From an uncultured Spirochaetota bacterium (lineage in GTDB: Bacteria > Spirochaetota > Spirochaetia > SZUA-6 > Fen-1364): 64,000 bases of DNA. The stretch covers positions 96,001 to 160,000 of the forward strand of contig CAVTHO010000003.1 of assembly GCA_963734545.1 (NCBI GenBank). The letters are read 5' to 3'. Every line of letters starts with the position of its first letter. The first letter of the stretch is position 1. Position numbers and translations under genes: made by a program. This document shows positions 11,307 through 20,811 of the stretch, in pieces. The notes beneath the pieces are model-generated. The model was not told the DNA's origin. It made no database searches and was given only the letters and a program-made list of their open reading frames with translations.

Positions 11307-12863
11307 TCACTTCCTTTCCAGATACCAGTTGTGCATACGGCCGCCCAGAGACGAGATCTCCTCCGGCGTGACACCGCGCAATCGGGCGGAACAGGCCGCG
11401 TACCGCTTCCCGAAGAAGAGGAAAGCGGCCGGCGCATCGTCCGCGATCAGAGCGTACATTTTCCTGTAGATGTCTCTCCTGTCATTGAAATCCGAGGCGA
11501 CCTTTCCCCTTTCGATCAGTCGGTCCACATCCGGATTGCGGTAGCCGGTGATGTTCCAGCCGCCGATCGATGAGGAGTGCCAGAACAGGCTCGCGGAAAG
11601 ATCGGGATCGGTGAACATGTTGAACTGGATGAGCGCCGCCTGGAACTCGCCCGCGGGCATCCTCTTCTCCACCATCTCATGCAGAGGGAGGACCACGACG
11701 TCCATCCGAATACCGATCTGGAGCAGCTGCCACTGCAGCCTCTTTGCGAGGGCGCCCTTCAACCTGTCTTCACCGCATTCGAGGACCGTGAACTGCAGAT
11801 TCCTGCCTTCCTTGTCCAGGATCCAATCGTTGTCGCTGTCTCTCCATCCCAGGTCTGAAAGGATCTTCGCCGCCTGCCGGGGATCGTACGCCTGCAGGTG
11901 GGGATCCGGATTGTAGGGCCAGGTCCCCGGTTTGAATGGACCGCTTGCCGCAAGTCCCTTTCCGCGCAGGACCGTGTCCAGGAGATCCCGGCGATCGATT
12001 GCCATGGCGATTGCCCGGCGCATGGCGCGCTGCGCGAAGAGCGGGTCCCGGGTGTTGAACAGGAGGGAGGAACAGAAATTTTCCAGGAACTCGTATCCCC
12101 TGAAGCGCCCGTCATTTTTGATCAGCACGTAATCGTCGTAGTCGACATCCGGGACCAGGTCCACCTGGCCTTGCAGCAGCGAGACCCACGCTTTTTTGTT
12201 GTCGGAGAAGAATTTGAAGACGATCCTGCCGAGCCGTGGTCTTCCCATGAAATAGCCGGGGTTGGCGTCCAGCGTGATCTGGCCGGGTGTCCAGCCGGAA
12301 AGGGTGAACGGGCCCGTCCCGATCGGGTGCCTGTCGAACTCGGCACTCGCGCCCCCTGCTTCCCGGAGCAGATGCGCGGGGACGATCGGCCGGCCGAGCA
12401 GGGCGGGGAGCAGCCGGTAGGGGGTTTTCAATTCAATCCTGAAGAAGTCCGCGCCGTCCGAGCGGAAAGACTTTACGACCTGCGAAAAATCACTGAATCG
12501 ATTTCCGTACTTCGGGTCAAAACCCTTCTCGTAAGTGAATGCCACGTCCTCCGCCGTCACCGGCGTGCCGTCGGAAAAACGAACCCCCTTTCTCATGCGG
12601 AAAGTCCAGGACAACCCATCCGCGGAAATCTCCCAGCTTTCCGCAAGGTCGGGTCCGGGCGCCGAGCCTCCGGCGAATGCGACCAGGCCGTCCGTGAAGC
12701 AATTGATGATCACATTTGCGAAGCCCTCGGGAGCGAACAGGGGGTTGAGGCTCGCCGGCTCGTCATAGTATGCAAGGACGAGCGTCCCCCCCCTGGGTGA
12801 CTGGTCAGAGTACGCGGCGCCGGCGACAAGCAGCAGGAGGAGCCCGGGTAAGAATCGCCTCAA
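11307..12863 (-). CDS. Peptide ABC transporter substrate-binding protein, family 5 (OppA/DppA-like); no permease or ATPase nearby
   Basis: Signal peptide, PASLNP, PDLAESWEISADG...F..RKGVRFSDG and PIGTGPF motifs. Confidence 0.9.
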   Translation of the reverse strand: MRRFLPGLLLLLVAGAAYSDQSPRGGTLVLAYYDEPASLNPLFAPEGFANVIINCFTDGLVAFAGGSAPGPDLAESWEISADGLSWTFRMRKGVRFSDGTPVTAEDVAFTYEKGFDPKYGNRFSDFSQVVKSFRSDGADFFRIELKTPYRLLPALLGRPIVPAHLLREAGGASAEFDRHPIGTGPFTLSGWTPGQITLDANPGYFMGRPRLGRIVFKFFSDNKKAWVSLLQGQVDLVPDVDYDDYVLIKNDGRFRGYEFLENFCSSLLFNTRDPLFAQRAMRRAIAMAIDRRDLLDTVLRGKGLAASGPFKPGTWPYNPDPHLQAYDPRQAAKILSDLGWRDSDNDWILDKEGRNLQFTVLECGEDRLKGALAKRLQWQLLQIGIRMDVVVLPLHEMVEKRMPAGEFQAALIQFNMFTDPDLSASLFWHSSSIGGWNITGYRNPDVDRLIERGKVASDFNDRRDIYRKMYALIADDAPAAFLFFGKRYAACSARLRGVTPEEISSLGGRMHNWYLERK

Positions 12864-12907
12864 GTAAGCTACCTTTCGTAAGGCGGGGACTAATCTTTAA
12901 TAGGGCC

Positions 12908-12936
12908 ATTTTAGTCAAAAACGTTACTCTTGTCAA
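12908..12936 (-). promoter_or_regulatory. Sigma70-type promoter of the binding protein-peptide-kinase operon
   Basis: TTGACA-N17-TAAAAT on the minus strand. Confidence 0.7.
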
Positions 12937-12956
12937 GAAAAACCTTAACTCCACTA

Positions 12957-14909
12957 TCAGGTGTTTTCCGCGAGCGGGAGCTTGAACAGGTCGACGAGGA
13001 CCGACAGGTTCCGCGGGTTTTCCATTATCGATCCTTCCTTTGTATACGCATATTCGATGAGGTCGGCGTGAACCTCCGTTATCCTGTGCCGCACCAGCTT
13101 CATCGTGGAGTTGACCGTGCCGTTCTTCTCGCTGAAAGGTTCGGCGACGAACTGGAACACGGAAGGAACCCATGCTGCCTGCACCTTTTTTGCCTTGGGA
13201 TCGGCCTTGAACCTGTACAGCTCGTCTTTGAGGATCGGCAGGAGCGCCTCGGCGCTGCGGATGCCGCGGCTTCGAATCAGCCGTTCGACCTTGCCCGTGT
13301 CCAGGCAGACGAGGGCAACCGTGTATTTCCTGTGGTCGCAGTACGCCATCACCTGGTCGATCACGTCCGTCGAGAAGCCTATTGCCTCTTCGATCTCCTC
13401 GGGGCTGTACTTCTCCCCGTCTTCCGTGATGAGCAGGGCCTTCTCCCGGCCGACCACGACGAGGAAACCGTCCGTGTCCCAGTAGGCGAGGTCTCCGGTG
13501 TACAGCCACCCGTCGCGCAGCGCGCGCGCGCTTGCATCGGGGTTCTTGAAATAGCCCTTCATGACATTGCCGCCGCGAATGACGATTTCTCCCGTCTCCT
13601 TCGGCCCCGCCGGACTGCCGTCCGCTTTCACCAGACGGCACTCGATGGAGTCGAACACGATGCCGGACGTTCCGAACTTGTGCTTCGCGGGGGTGTTCGC
13701 GCAGATGATGGGCGCCGCTTCGGTCAGACCGTAGCCCTGGTAGACGGGCACTCCGAACGCGGCGAAGAACTCCTGCTGCTTGACGTCGAGCAGCGCCCCG
13801 CCGCCGATGCAGAAGCGTATCGAGCCTCCGAAAACCATCTTCTTGATCTTGTTGAATATCAGGAGCTTCGCGATTCCATAGGGGAGCATGTTCTTCAAGC
13901 GGACGCCCAGGCGCGGCGCCGTGAACCCGTTTCCATTGAGCGATACGCCGGCCGCGATGCCTGCCTTGAAGAGCTTTTCGATCAGCCCGCCCTTCTCCTC
14001 CACGCCGGCGACGATCTTCTTCATGAGGTTGCCGCTCAGGGAAGGGACAGTGAAGAGAAAATGAGAGCGGGACTCGACCAGGTTGACGGGGATATTGCGG
14101 AGCGTTCCGATGCCGCCGCCGCGCGAGTCCACGAAGTACAGTGTCACGCCGCACACGAGTCCCGTGTACAGGCCCGCCGTGTGGGCAAAGGAGTGGTCAA
14201 CCGGAAGGATGATCAGGGAGCGCCACCCCGGCGGCAGGGGAATGGCTTTCACCGCGTCATGGCAGTTGGTCCAGTAGTTGAGGTGTGTCAGCATGATGCC
14301 CTTGGGGTTTCCCGTTGTCCCCGAGGTATAGCTGATCGTGACCGTGTCATCCTCTTCCACGGAGTCAATGCACTGGTCGAGCCTGGCACCGAGTGAGGGG
14401 AGGGCGGCCCGGCCCGCGGCGCGCGCCTCGTCAAAGCCGATCACGCGGTCCGCGCTCACTCCGTACTCAGCGGCGGTAGAGCGCGCCCACTCCGGGTCAT
14501 CGTCGAGGTAGATGACCTGGATCTGCCGGTTTTCGGCCCGACTGAAAGAACCGAGAACCTTCTTGAGCTGGTTCCTCGTGGTGAGTATCGCGCGCGCCTC
14601 GGAATGATCCAGCCGGAAGGGGATTTCCTCCTCGAGCAGCTTGATGGAAAGGGGAACAGACACGCACCCTGCCATCAGCAGGCCGAACTCTCCCACGATC
14701 CATTCGGGACTCCCCTCCGCCAGCACGGCAATGCGATCGTTCCTGCGGACGCCCGTGGAGAGCAGCCAGGCCGCGAATTCGCGCGCACGCTCCCGGGCCT
14801 CTCTGAATGAAACGGGAACCCAGCCGGCGTCGGTCTTCCTGTACGCGTAGGCGGCAGAGCCCCATTGGAGAGCCGCCTCATCCAGCATTCTCAGTACCGT
14901 TTTCTTCAT
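12957..14909 (-). CDS. Long-chain fatty acid-CoA ligase (AMP-binding)
   Basis: YTSGTTGNPKG, QGYGLTE and WLYTGD motifs. Confidence 0.9.
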   Translation of the reverse strand: MKKTVLRMLDEAALQWGSAAYAYRKTDAGWVPVSFREARERAREFAAWLLSTGVRRNDRIAVLAEGSPEWIVGEFGLLMAGCVSVPLSIKLLEEEIPFRLDHSEARAILTTRNQLKKVLGSFSRAENRQIQVIYLDDDPEWARSTAAEYGVSADRVIGFDEARAAGRAALPSLGARLDQCIDSVEEDDTVTISYTSGTTGNPKGIMLTHLNYWTNCHDAVKAIPLPPGWRSLIILPVDHSFAHTAGLYTGLVCGVTLYFVDSRGGGIGTLRNIPVNLVESRSHFLFTVPSLSGNLMKKIVAGVEEKGGLIEKLFKAGIAAGVSLNGNGFTAPRLGVRLKNMLPYGIAKLLIFNKIKKMVFGGSIRFCIGGGALLDVKQQEFFAAFGVPVYQGYGLTEAAPIICANTPAKHKFGTSGIVFDSIECRLVKADGSPAGPKETGEIVIRGGNVMKGYFKNPDASARALRDGWLYTGDLAYWDTDGFLVVVGREKALLITEDGEKYSPEEIEEAIGFSTDVIDQVMAYCDHRKYTVALVCLDTGKVERLIRSRGIRSAEALLPILKDELYRFKADPKAKKVQAAWVPSVFQFVAEPFSEKNGTVNSTMKLVRHRITEVHADLIEYAYTKEGSIMENPRNLSVLVDLFKLPLAENT

Positions 14910-14966
14910 GCCCGGGACGATACCATGGAAAGCCCCGCGCCGCCACTTGCCTGCGCGGGGGAATGC

Positions 14967-15848
14967 ATGCTTGAATCACTCACTTCAGCGGAACAGGGGC
15001 GGGGGCAACGGGTGGCAATTCTTCTTGCGGGGCTCTCTGCGCTCATGTACGGCGCGGCCGACTTCTGTGGCGGGCTGGGCACCCGGAAGAGCCCTCTCGT
15101 GACCGTGCTGGCGCTCTCACAGTTCGTCGGTCTCGTGCTCGCGCTGGGCATCTCGCTGCTGGAGGGGCAGGCGCTTCCGATTGCCGGGGACCTGGCCTGG
15201 GGCGCGATATCCGGGGTGTGCGGAACTGCCGGGCTTGCCGCGCTCTACACGGCCCTGGCCACCACGCCGGTTGCCGTGGCGTCCCCCGTTGCCGCTGTGG
15301 TCGGCGCGGTTATTCCCGTCCTGCTGGGCGTGACGCTGGGCGATCGGCCCGGCTCCCTGGCCTGGACCGGGATCGCGCTGGCCGTTCCCGCAATCGTCCT
15401 GCTCAGCGCGGGACCGGCCGCGAGCGTGAAGACCGGGCCGGTGCGGCGCGCGGCCCTTCTGGGCACGGCGGCAGGAATCGGCTTCGGCTTGTTCTTCTTC
15501 GCGATCTCCCGCACCGCGCACGCATCGGGGCTGTGGCCCCTGGTGACTGCCCGGGCGTCCACCATTTCGATCGTCGCGCTCTTCGCTCTCTTCTCCGGCC
15601 GGTCCCTCCGGCCGGCGCGGTCCGGGCTCCCTCTCATTCTGGTCTCCGGTGTGCTCGACATGGGCGCGAACATCGCGTTCCTGCTTGCAAGCAGGGCAGG
15701 CATGCTGTCCACCGTTGCGGTTGTCTCTTCGCTCTACCCCGGCCCTACCGTGCTTCTTGCCTGGCTGGTGCTGCGGGAGCGGCTTACGCCTCTCCGCGTC
15801 TGTGGCCTTGCCCTGGCCCTTGCGGGGGTCGCTCTCATTTCCGTCTGA
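14967..15848 (+). CDS. EamA/DMT family transporter
   Basis: About 10 hydrophobic helices; YGAADFCGG and SSLYP.....LA..VLRERL motifs; start uncertain (14967 or 15012). Confidence 0.85.
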   Translation: MLESLTSAEQGRGQRVAILLAGLSALMYGAADFCGGLGTRKSPLVTVLALSQFVGLVLALGISLLEGQALPIAGDLAWGAISGVCGTAGLAALYTALATTPVAVASPVAAVVGAVIPVLLGVTLGDRPGSLAWTGIALAVPAIVLLSAGPAASVKTGPVRRAALLGTAAGIGFGLFFFAISRTAHASGLWPLVTARASTISIVALFALFSGRSLRPARSGLPLILVSGVLDMGANIAFLLASRAGMLSTVAVVSSLYPGPTVLLAWLVLRERLTPLRVCGLALALAGVALISV

Positions 15849-15871
15849 CTAATCCCCGCGATTTTTTTGCC

Positions 15872-16066
15872 TCAGGATGCGCCTGCCTGCGTGTGCCGGT
15901 AGTCGAGGTATTTCTTGATGGCGGCGTCATTGATGTATCCCAGCTCGATGGCAATCTCGCCGAACATTCTGGAGTCCCCGCCTTGCTGTGCCCGAAGCAC
16001 GTCGTCGATCTGGTATTGCTGCATGGCCCCGATCCGCACGAGAAACTCTCCGATCCTGTTTTCCAT
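15872..16066 (-). CDS. Stand-alone MshEN-like (c-di-GMP-binding motif) small protein
   Basis: MENRIGEFLVRIGAMQQYQIDDVLRAQQGGDSRMFGEIAIELGYI fits the tandem RLGxxLxxxG...LxxQ pattern. Confidence 0.65.
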   Translation of the reverse strand: MENRIGEFLVRIGAMQQYQIDDVLRAQQGGDSRMFGEIAIELGYINDAAIKKYLDYRHTQAGAS

Positions 16067-16117
16067 GAGAACGCCTCCGCCGCGCCGTGATATGCCCTTT
16101 CCCGCCGTGATACCTTC

Positions 16118-16151
16118 CACGGTACTCCGTGGAGTTTCACGGTATCCCGTG
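16118..16151. repeat. Two copies of the CACGG-N4-CCGTG palindrome, 20-bp period
   Basis: CACGGTACTCCGTG at 16118-16131 and CACGGTATCCCGTG at 16138-16151. Confidence 0.7.
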
Positions 16152-16220
16152 CAGTTTCATGGATTCTTTTTCAATGATAGGCACAATCACGGCGGGATGG
16201 AAGCTCAATCCGGCAGGGTG

Positions 16221-16340
16221 GGAGAATCCACCGTGCCGCCATGCGGCCTGGTGCCGGACAGGAAAATCCTTTCTGCCGCCATGCGGCAGAGAAGTGCGCA
16301 TGAAAAAGCCTCCGTGCCGTCACGCGGCCCGGAGGCTCGG
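16221..16340 (-). terminator. Three related hairpins at 40-bp period downstream of flaB; the flaB-proximal one is an intrinsic terminator
   Basis: Shared core TGCCGY-CAY-GCGGC; the copy at 16303-16337 is followed by T5 on the minus strand. Confidence 0.65.
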
Positions 16341-16366
16341 GGGTGTCTCAGCGTTCCGGGGAACGC

Positions 16367-17227
16367 CTATTTGAGAAGCTGGAGCACCGTCTGCGGCTTC
16401 GCATTCGCCTGGGCGAGCATTGCCGTGGCCGCCTGTGTCAGGATGGCGTTCTTGGTGTACTCCACCATCTCGGTGGCCATGTCCGCGTCGCGGATGCGGG
16501 ACTCCGCCGCCTGCAGGTTCTCCGCCCCCACGTCCAGGCCCCTCACCGCGTACTCCAGCCTGTTCTGGTACGCTCCCAGGTCCGCCCGCTGCTTGTTGAT
16601 CACCTTCAGCGCCGAATCCAGGGTGCCGATCGACTGGTTGGCCCCGTCCGGGGTGGACAGGGAGATGATCTCCCGGGTGCCGATGTTCCTCATCTTCAGG
16701 GCCCCCGCGGTCATGGTGCCGATGAACACGCGCGTGCGCTGGTCCATGTTGGCCCCGATGTGCAGCCACATGGAGGCGGTGATCACGTTCGCCCCCTCCA
16801 GGCGCGCAAAGCGTCCCGTGAGCATGTTCATGCCGTTGAACTGCGCGTGAGAGGCGATGCGGTCCACCTCGTTGACCAGGGCGGAAACCTCGACCTGGAT
16901 CTGCATCCTGTCCTCGTCGGTGTAGATGCCGTTGGCCGCCTGCACGGAGAGCTCGCGCAGCCTCTGGATGATGTCCTGGCTCTCCTGGAGGTAACCCTCG
17001 GTGGTCTGGATGAAAGAGATGCCGTTTGCGGCGTTGGAGCTGGCCTGGCGGAGACCGCGGATCTGGGAGCGCATCTTTTCCGACACGGCGAGACCCGAGG
17101 CGTCGTCACCGGCGCGGGTGATCCTGCTTCCCGAGGAGAGCTTCTCCATGCTCTTGCTCAGGGAAAGGTCGTTCAGCTTGAGCTGCCGATCCGCGAAAAT
17201 CGCGCTCATGTTGTGATTGATGATCAT
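16367..17227 (-). CDS. flaB: Periplasmic flagellar filament core protein FlaB
   Basis: [42 protein letters not shown] and [12 protein letters not shown] motifs; RBS AAGGAGG. Confidence 0.95.
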   Translation of the reverse strand: MIINHNMSAIFADRQLKLNDLSLSKSMEKLSSGSRITRAGDDASGLAVSEKMRSQIRGLRQASSNAANGISFIQTTEGYLQESQDIIQRLRELSVQAANGIYTDEDRMQIQVEVSALVNEVDRIASHAQFNGMNMLTGRFARLEGANVITASMWLHIGANMDQRTRVFIGTMTAGALKMRNIGTREIISLSTPDGANQSIGTLDSALKVINKQRADLGAYQNRLEYAVRGLDVGAENLQAAESRIRDADMATEMVEYTKNAILTQAATAMLAQANAKPQTVLQLLK

Positions 17228-17338
17228 GAATTCCTCCTTGCGAATTCCCTCAGGCAGTCCTTTTCCCATGCCGAAAAGAAGACTAAGGGAAGAAATAAAA
17301 GGAGCGCGGCCGCGAGGCCAGAACTACCCTCACTCCTT

Positions 17339-17366
17339 GTTTCGACAGACTGAAGTTTAAAAATAA
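17339..17366 (-). promoter_or_regulatory. Possible sigma28 (FliA) promoter of flaB
   Basis: TTAT-N16-GTCGAAAC, an imperfect match to TAAA-N15/16-GCCGATAA. Confidence 0.3.
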
Positions 17367-17396
17367 GGTGATTTTTGAAAAAAAATCGCGGGAGCG

Positions 17397-18041
17397 CTAT
17401 TTCAGTCCCAGCTGAGCTTTCAGCCGGTCGACCTCTTTTCTGGTTGCGGCTGCCAGCGGCTTGTACCGGACTTCACGATAGAGAAATATCTCCGGATCCT
17501 CCGTCTGCAGCAGCTTTTCTTCCGTTGCATCATATTGCCGGCACATGGCGGCGGCCTGTTCCTTCTTTCCCACGACAAGATAGAATGAGGCGAGCCCTTT
17601 GTAGGCGGGGAGCAGGAACGGATCACAGATCAGGGCCGACAGGTAGGCGATTTCCACCAGTCCAATGGCCTGGCTCTGGGCATCGGACCCCTGGGAGAGG
17701 TCTCCCAGGTGCTGGATGATGTCACCGGCGAGCCCGACGAGCGTCGCGCCGAAGGCGGAAAGCGCCAGCCGCGGGTCTTCCCAGATCTTCGCCAGCTCGA
17801 CGAAATTGTTCTTCACGCAATCATAGTATTCCGAGACGAACACGAAACGGCTGATCTTCAGGACATCGCCGTTCGCGTTGCCGATCAGCATGCGCAGGAC
17901 TTCGGGGCGGATGGAGCTCCAGAACTTGCGCTCTCCGAGAGAGCGCAGCAGCTCCTCGACGTCCGTGATATTGAAGAGTCTATCGCTGCCGAATAAGGCC
18001 GTAATGAGCTCCCTGCGGAAAACCTCCGCGTCCGTCCACAT
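17397..18041 (-). CDS. Hypothetical helical protein, possibly TPR-like C-terminus
   Basis: 214-aa ORF with protein-like composition; no motif recognised. Confidence 0.55.
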   Translation of the reverse strand: MWTDAEVFRRELITALFGSDRLFNITDVEELLRSLGERKFWSSIRPEVLRMLIGNANGDVLKISRFVFVSEYYDCVKNNFVELAKIWEDPRLALSAFGATLVGLAGDIIQHLGDLSQGSDAQSQAIGLVEIAYLSALICDPFLLPAYKGLASFYLVVGKKEQAAAMCRQYDATEEKLLQTEDPEIFLYREVRYKPLAAATRKEVDRLKAQLGLK

Positions 18042-18100
18042 TCATTCCTGGGGCGCGTCCATTGCGCACGAGGATATCATTGCGCGGGCAACCGTGGAAA

Positions 18101-18186
18101 GCAGGGTGCCCGAAGCCGCGGAACGCACGGAGTACCGTGCAGGGTGCCCGAAGCCACGGAATGCACGGAGTACCGTGCAGGGTACC
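18101..18186. repeat. 38-bp tandem repeat (about 2.3 copies) containing the CACGGAGTACCGTG palindrome
   Basis: GCAGGGTGCCCGAAGCC(G/A)CGGAA(C/T)GCACGGAGTACCGT at 18101 and 18139; partial copy at 18177. Confidence 0.85.
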
Positions 18187-18258
18187 GCGGCGGAGGGCGA
18201 TTTACGCCGCGCGCCGGAGTGCTACTATCAGCGGGAAGCAGATTGAGAGGTGTGAGAA

Positions 18259-18465
18259 ATGAAATGCATGGCCTGCGGGCACGAAGAGACCACAGGCGAA
18301 GAGTTCCTCCAGATCCAGGTCCTCGGCGCAGCGCCAATGGCCGGCATCCTGGAGTCCCTGGCAATCGTCAGTGAAAAAGGGGTGAGGCATCATGTCGATC
18401 TTTATGCCTGCCCGCGCTGCGGGACGGTCCGGCTCGAGAAGTCGCAGGAGCGGAGCGGCCATTGA
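18259..18465 (+). CDS. Small zinc-ribbon protein
   Basis: CMACG...LYACPRCGTV; RBS GAGGTG. Confidence 0.7.
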   Translation: MKCMACGHEETTGEEFLQIQVLGAAPMAGILESLAIVSEKGVRHHVDLYACPRCGTVRLEKSQERSGH

Positions 18466-18514
18466 ATAAGATCACGAAATAGAACAAGCTTGATGGGAAG
18501 GTGAGGAGGCGGGA

Positions 18515-18805
18515 ATGAAGAAGAGAGTCGGAGCAAAGAAAGCAGCCCCCCGCAAGGCAAAGAAAGCCGTAAAGACGGTGAAGGCCGGAAAGAAGGCAGC
18601 GGTGAAACGCGCGTCCCGCGCGTCAAAGCGTGTCGTGCAGAAAGCCGTGAAGAAGCCCGTGCAGAAGCTCGAGCAAAAGAGGGAAGAGGTAAAAGTGGCG
18701 GCCAAGGCGCCCGCGGCTGAAAAGCGCCCTTTCTGGGGCTTCCTGGGCATTGGCAGGAAGCAGAAGGCGAAAGTTTCCATAATGGATCTGCAGGGGAAAA
18801 AATAG
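18515..18805 (+). CDS. Lys/Ala-rich histone H1-like basic protein
   Basis: KKAAPRKAKKAVK-type repeats; RBS AGGAGG. Confidence 0.65.
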   Translation: MKKRVGAKKAAPRKAKKAVKTVKAGKKAAVKRASRASKRVVQKAVKKPVQKLEQKREEVKVAAKAPAAEKRPFWGFLGIGRKQKAKVSIMDLQGKK

Positions 18806-18818
18806 ACGCGCGGCCGGG

Positions 18819-19845
18819 CTAAGAAATCTCCATGAGCCTCCGCGCGGCATTCACGATGCGCACGGCGTCCGGGACATAGAACCTTTCCATCGGCGGAGAA
18901 AAAGGGGCCGGCGTGTCCGGCGCCGCCACCCGAGTGATCGGGGCCACGAGAAAGTCGATCATTTCTTCCGCGAGGGTGGCGGCGATCTCCGCTCCCAGAC
19001 CGCCGCGCCTCGGGCTTTCCTCCACCGTGATCACCCGCCCTGTTTTGGCCACGGACTCCTTCACCAGCTCCCAGTCGAATGGAACGATCGAGCGCGGATC
19101 GATCACCTCCGCGCTTATTCCCTGCCCGGCCAGGAGCGCGGCGGCCTCCATGGCCCTGTGCATCATGAGCAGCGTCGCGATGATCGTCACGTCGCTGCCT
19201 TCCCGCCGGACAATGCCCTTTCCGATCGGTACGAGATAATCCTCGTCGGGAATCATGCTCGACGCATCGATCGTGCCGGATTCGGAGCGCGGGCCCTTGG
19301 AGCCGTACAGGAGCTTGTGCTCGAAGATCAGCACGGGATTGCCGTCCCGGACCGCGGATTTCAGCAGCCCTTTTGCGTCATACGCCGTTGCGGGGGCCAC
19401 GAGCTTGATCCCCGGGCAGGGGAAGGAAAAAGGGCTCCATCATCTGCGCGTGCTGCGCTCCGCGACCCGTGACTCCCACGGGGGCGCGCATCACCATGGG
19501 CGTCGTGAGCTTCCCGCCCGACATGTAGCGCATCTTGGCCACCTGGTTCCCCACCTGGTCCATGGCGCAGAAAAGGAAATCGGAGTACTGCACGTCCGCG
19601 ATCGGCCTCATTCCCATGAGGGAAGCGCCCAGCGCCGCGCCCATCAGGCCCGCCTCCGAGATGGGAGTGTTCACCATCCGGTCGGGGAACTCCTTCTCCA
19701 GGCCGAGCGTCACGGTGAACGCGCCCCCCCACCCGCCGGGGATCCCGATGTCCTCGCCGATGCAGAACACACGCTCGTCCCTGCGCATTTCCTCCGCAAT
19801 CGCCTCCCGCAGTGCTTCCGCTATCCCGAGCCTGTGTGCCGTCAT
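18819..19845 (-). CDS. 2-oxoacid/acetoin dehydrogenase E1 beta subunit (frameshift near 19420)
   Basis: GEDIG..GG.F.VT, NTPISE and FEHKLLY motifs. Confidence 0.9.
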
Positions 19846-20811
19846 ACGAACATGTCCTCCAGCGCATCCTCCGGGGCGGGCTCGGGATCGGCAATCGCCT
19901 TTTCCACTGCCGCCTCGATCTCGGTCTTTACCCCGGCCCTGATTTCCTCGAGCGATTGCGGGTCTGCGATCCCCTCCGCCGCGAGCCAGCCGGCGAACCT
20001 TCCGATGGGTTCGTTCGCCACGGCCTGCTTCTTCTCTTCCTCCGGCTGGTACAGACCGGGGTCCCGCCGCGAATGGCCGGTGATCCTGTACGTGAGGAGC
20101 TCCAGCAGCGTGGGGCCTTTCCCCGCGCGGGCCCGCGCCACCGCCTCCCGCGCCGCCTCGTAGACGGCCAGCACATCGTTGCCGTCCACCGTCACTCCGG
20201 GGATGCCGTATGCGCAGGCCCTTTCAGAGACGTGCGCAACCTTCATGGAGAGCTTCACCGACGTCGAGGCCGCGTAGAGGTTGTTTTCAACGACGAAGAG
20301 CGCGGGCAGGTCCCAGACGGACGCCATGTTGAGGGACTCGTGGAAAGTTCCCTCGTTGGTGGCGCCATCTCCCATGAAGGCAACCGCAACGCGCTTCTGG
20401 CCGCGCATCTTGAAGGACAGGGCGATCCCGGTGGCGATGGGAAGCCCGCCGCCGACGATGGCAACCGCGGGCACGATCCCTTTCGAGAGGTCTCCCATGT
20501 GCATGGAGCCGCCCTTGCCCTTGCAGCACCCCGTTGCCTTGCCGAAAAGCTCGGCCATCATGCTCGCCACGTCCAGATCCCTTGGCAATGCAGTGCCCGT
20601 CCGGACGATGCGTGGAGGTGATGACGTCCTCCGCCTCCAGCGCGGCGCACACGCCCACGGCGCACGCTTCCTGTCCCTGGCACTGGTGAATCGTGCCGGG
20701 CATGATGCCCTCCAGGAACAGGAACTTCACGCGGTCCTCGAACTCGCGAATCAGGACCATTCTGCGGTACAGCCCCCGCAGCCAGGCGGTGTCGTACGAT
20801 GGTTTCTTCAC
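19842..20811 (-). CDS. TPP-dependent dehydrogenase E1 alpha subunit (frameshift near 20580)
   Basis: GQEA, STHR, GKGGSMH, GDGATNEG...ENN and TYRITGHS motifs. Confidence 0.9.

Noticed and set aside
10922-11437. N-terminal extension of the 809-aa kinase ORF
   Set aside because: Non-protein-like sequence overlapping three better-supported genes; the real start is probably GTG 10921.
18101-18186. 38-bp repeat as a CRISPR array
   Set aside because: The units are directly adjacent with no unique spacers, and no cas genes are present.
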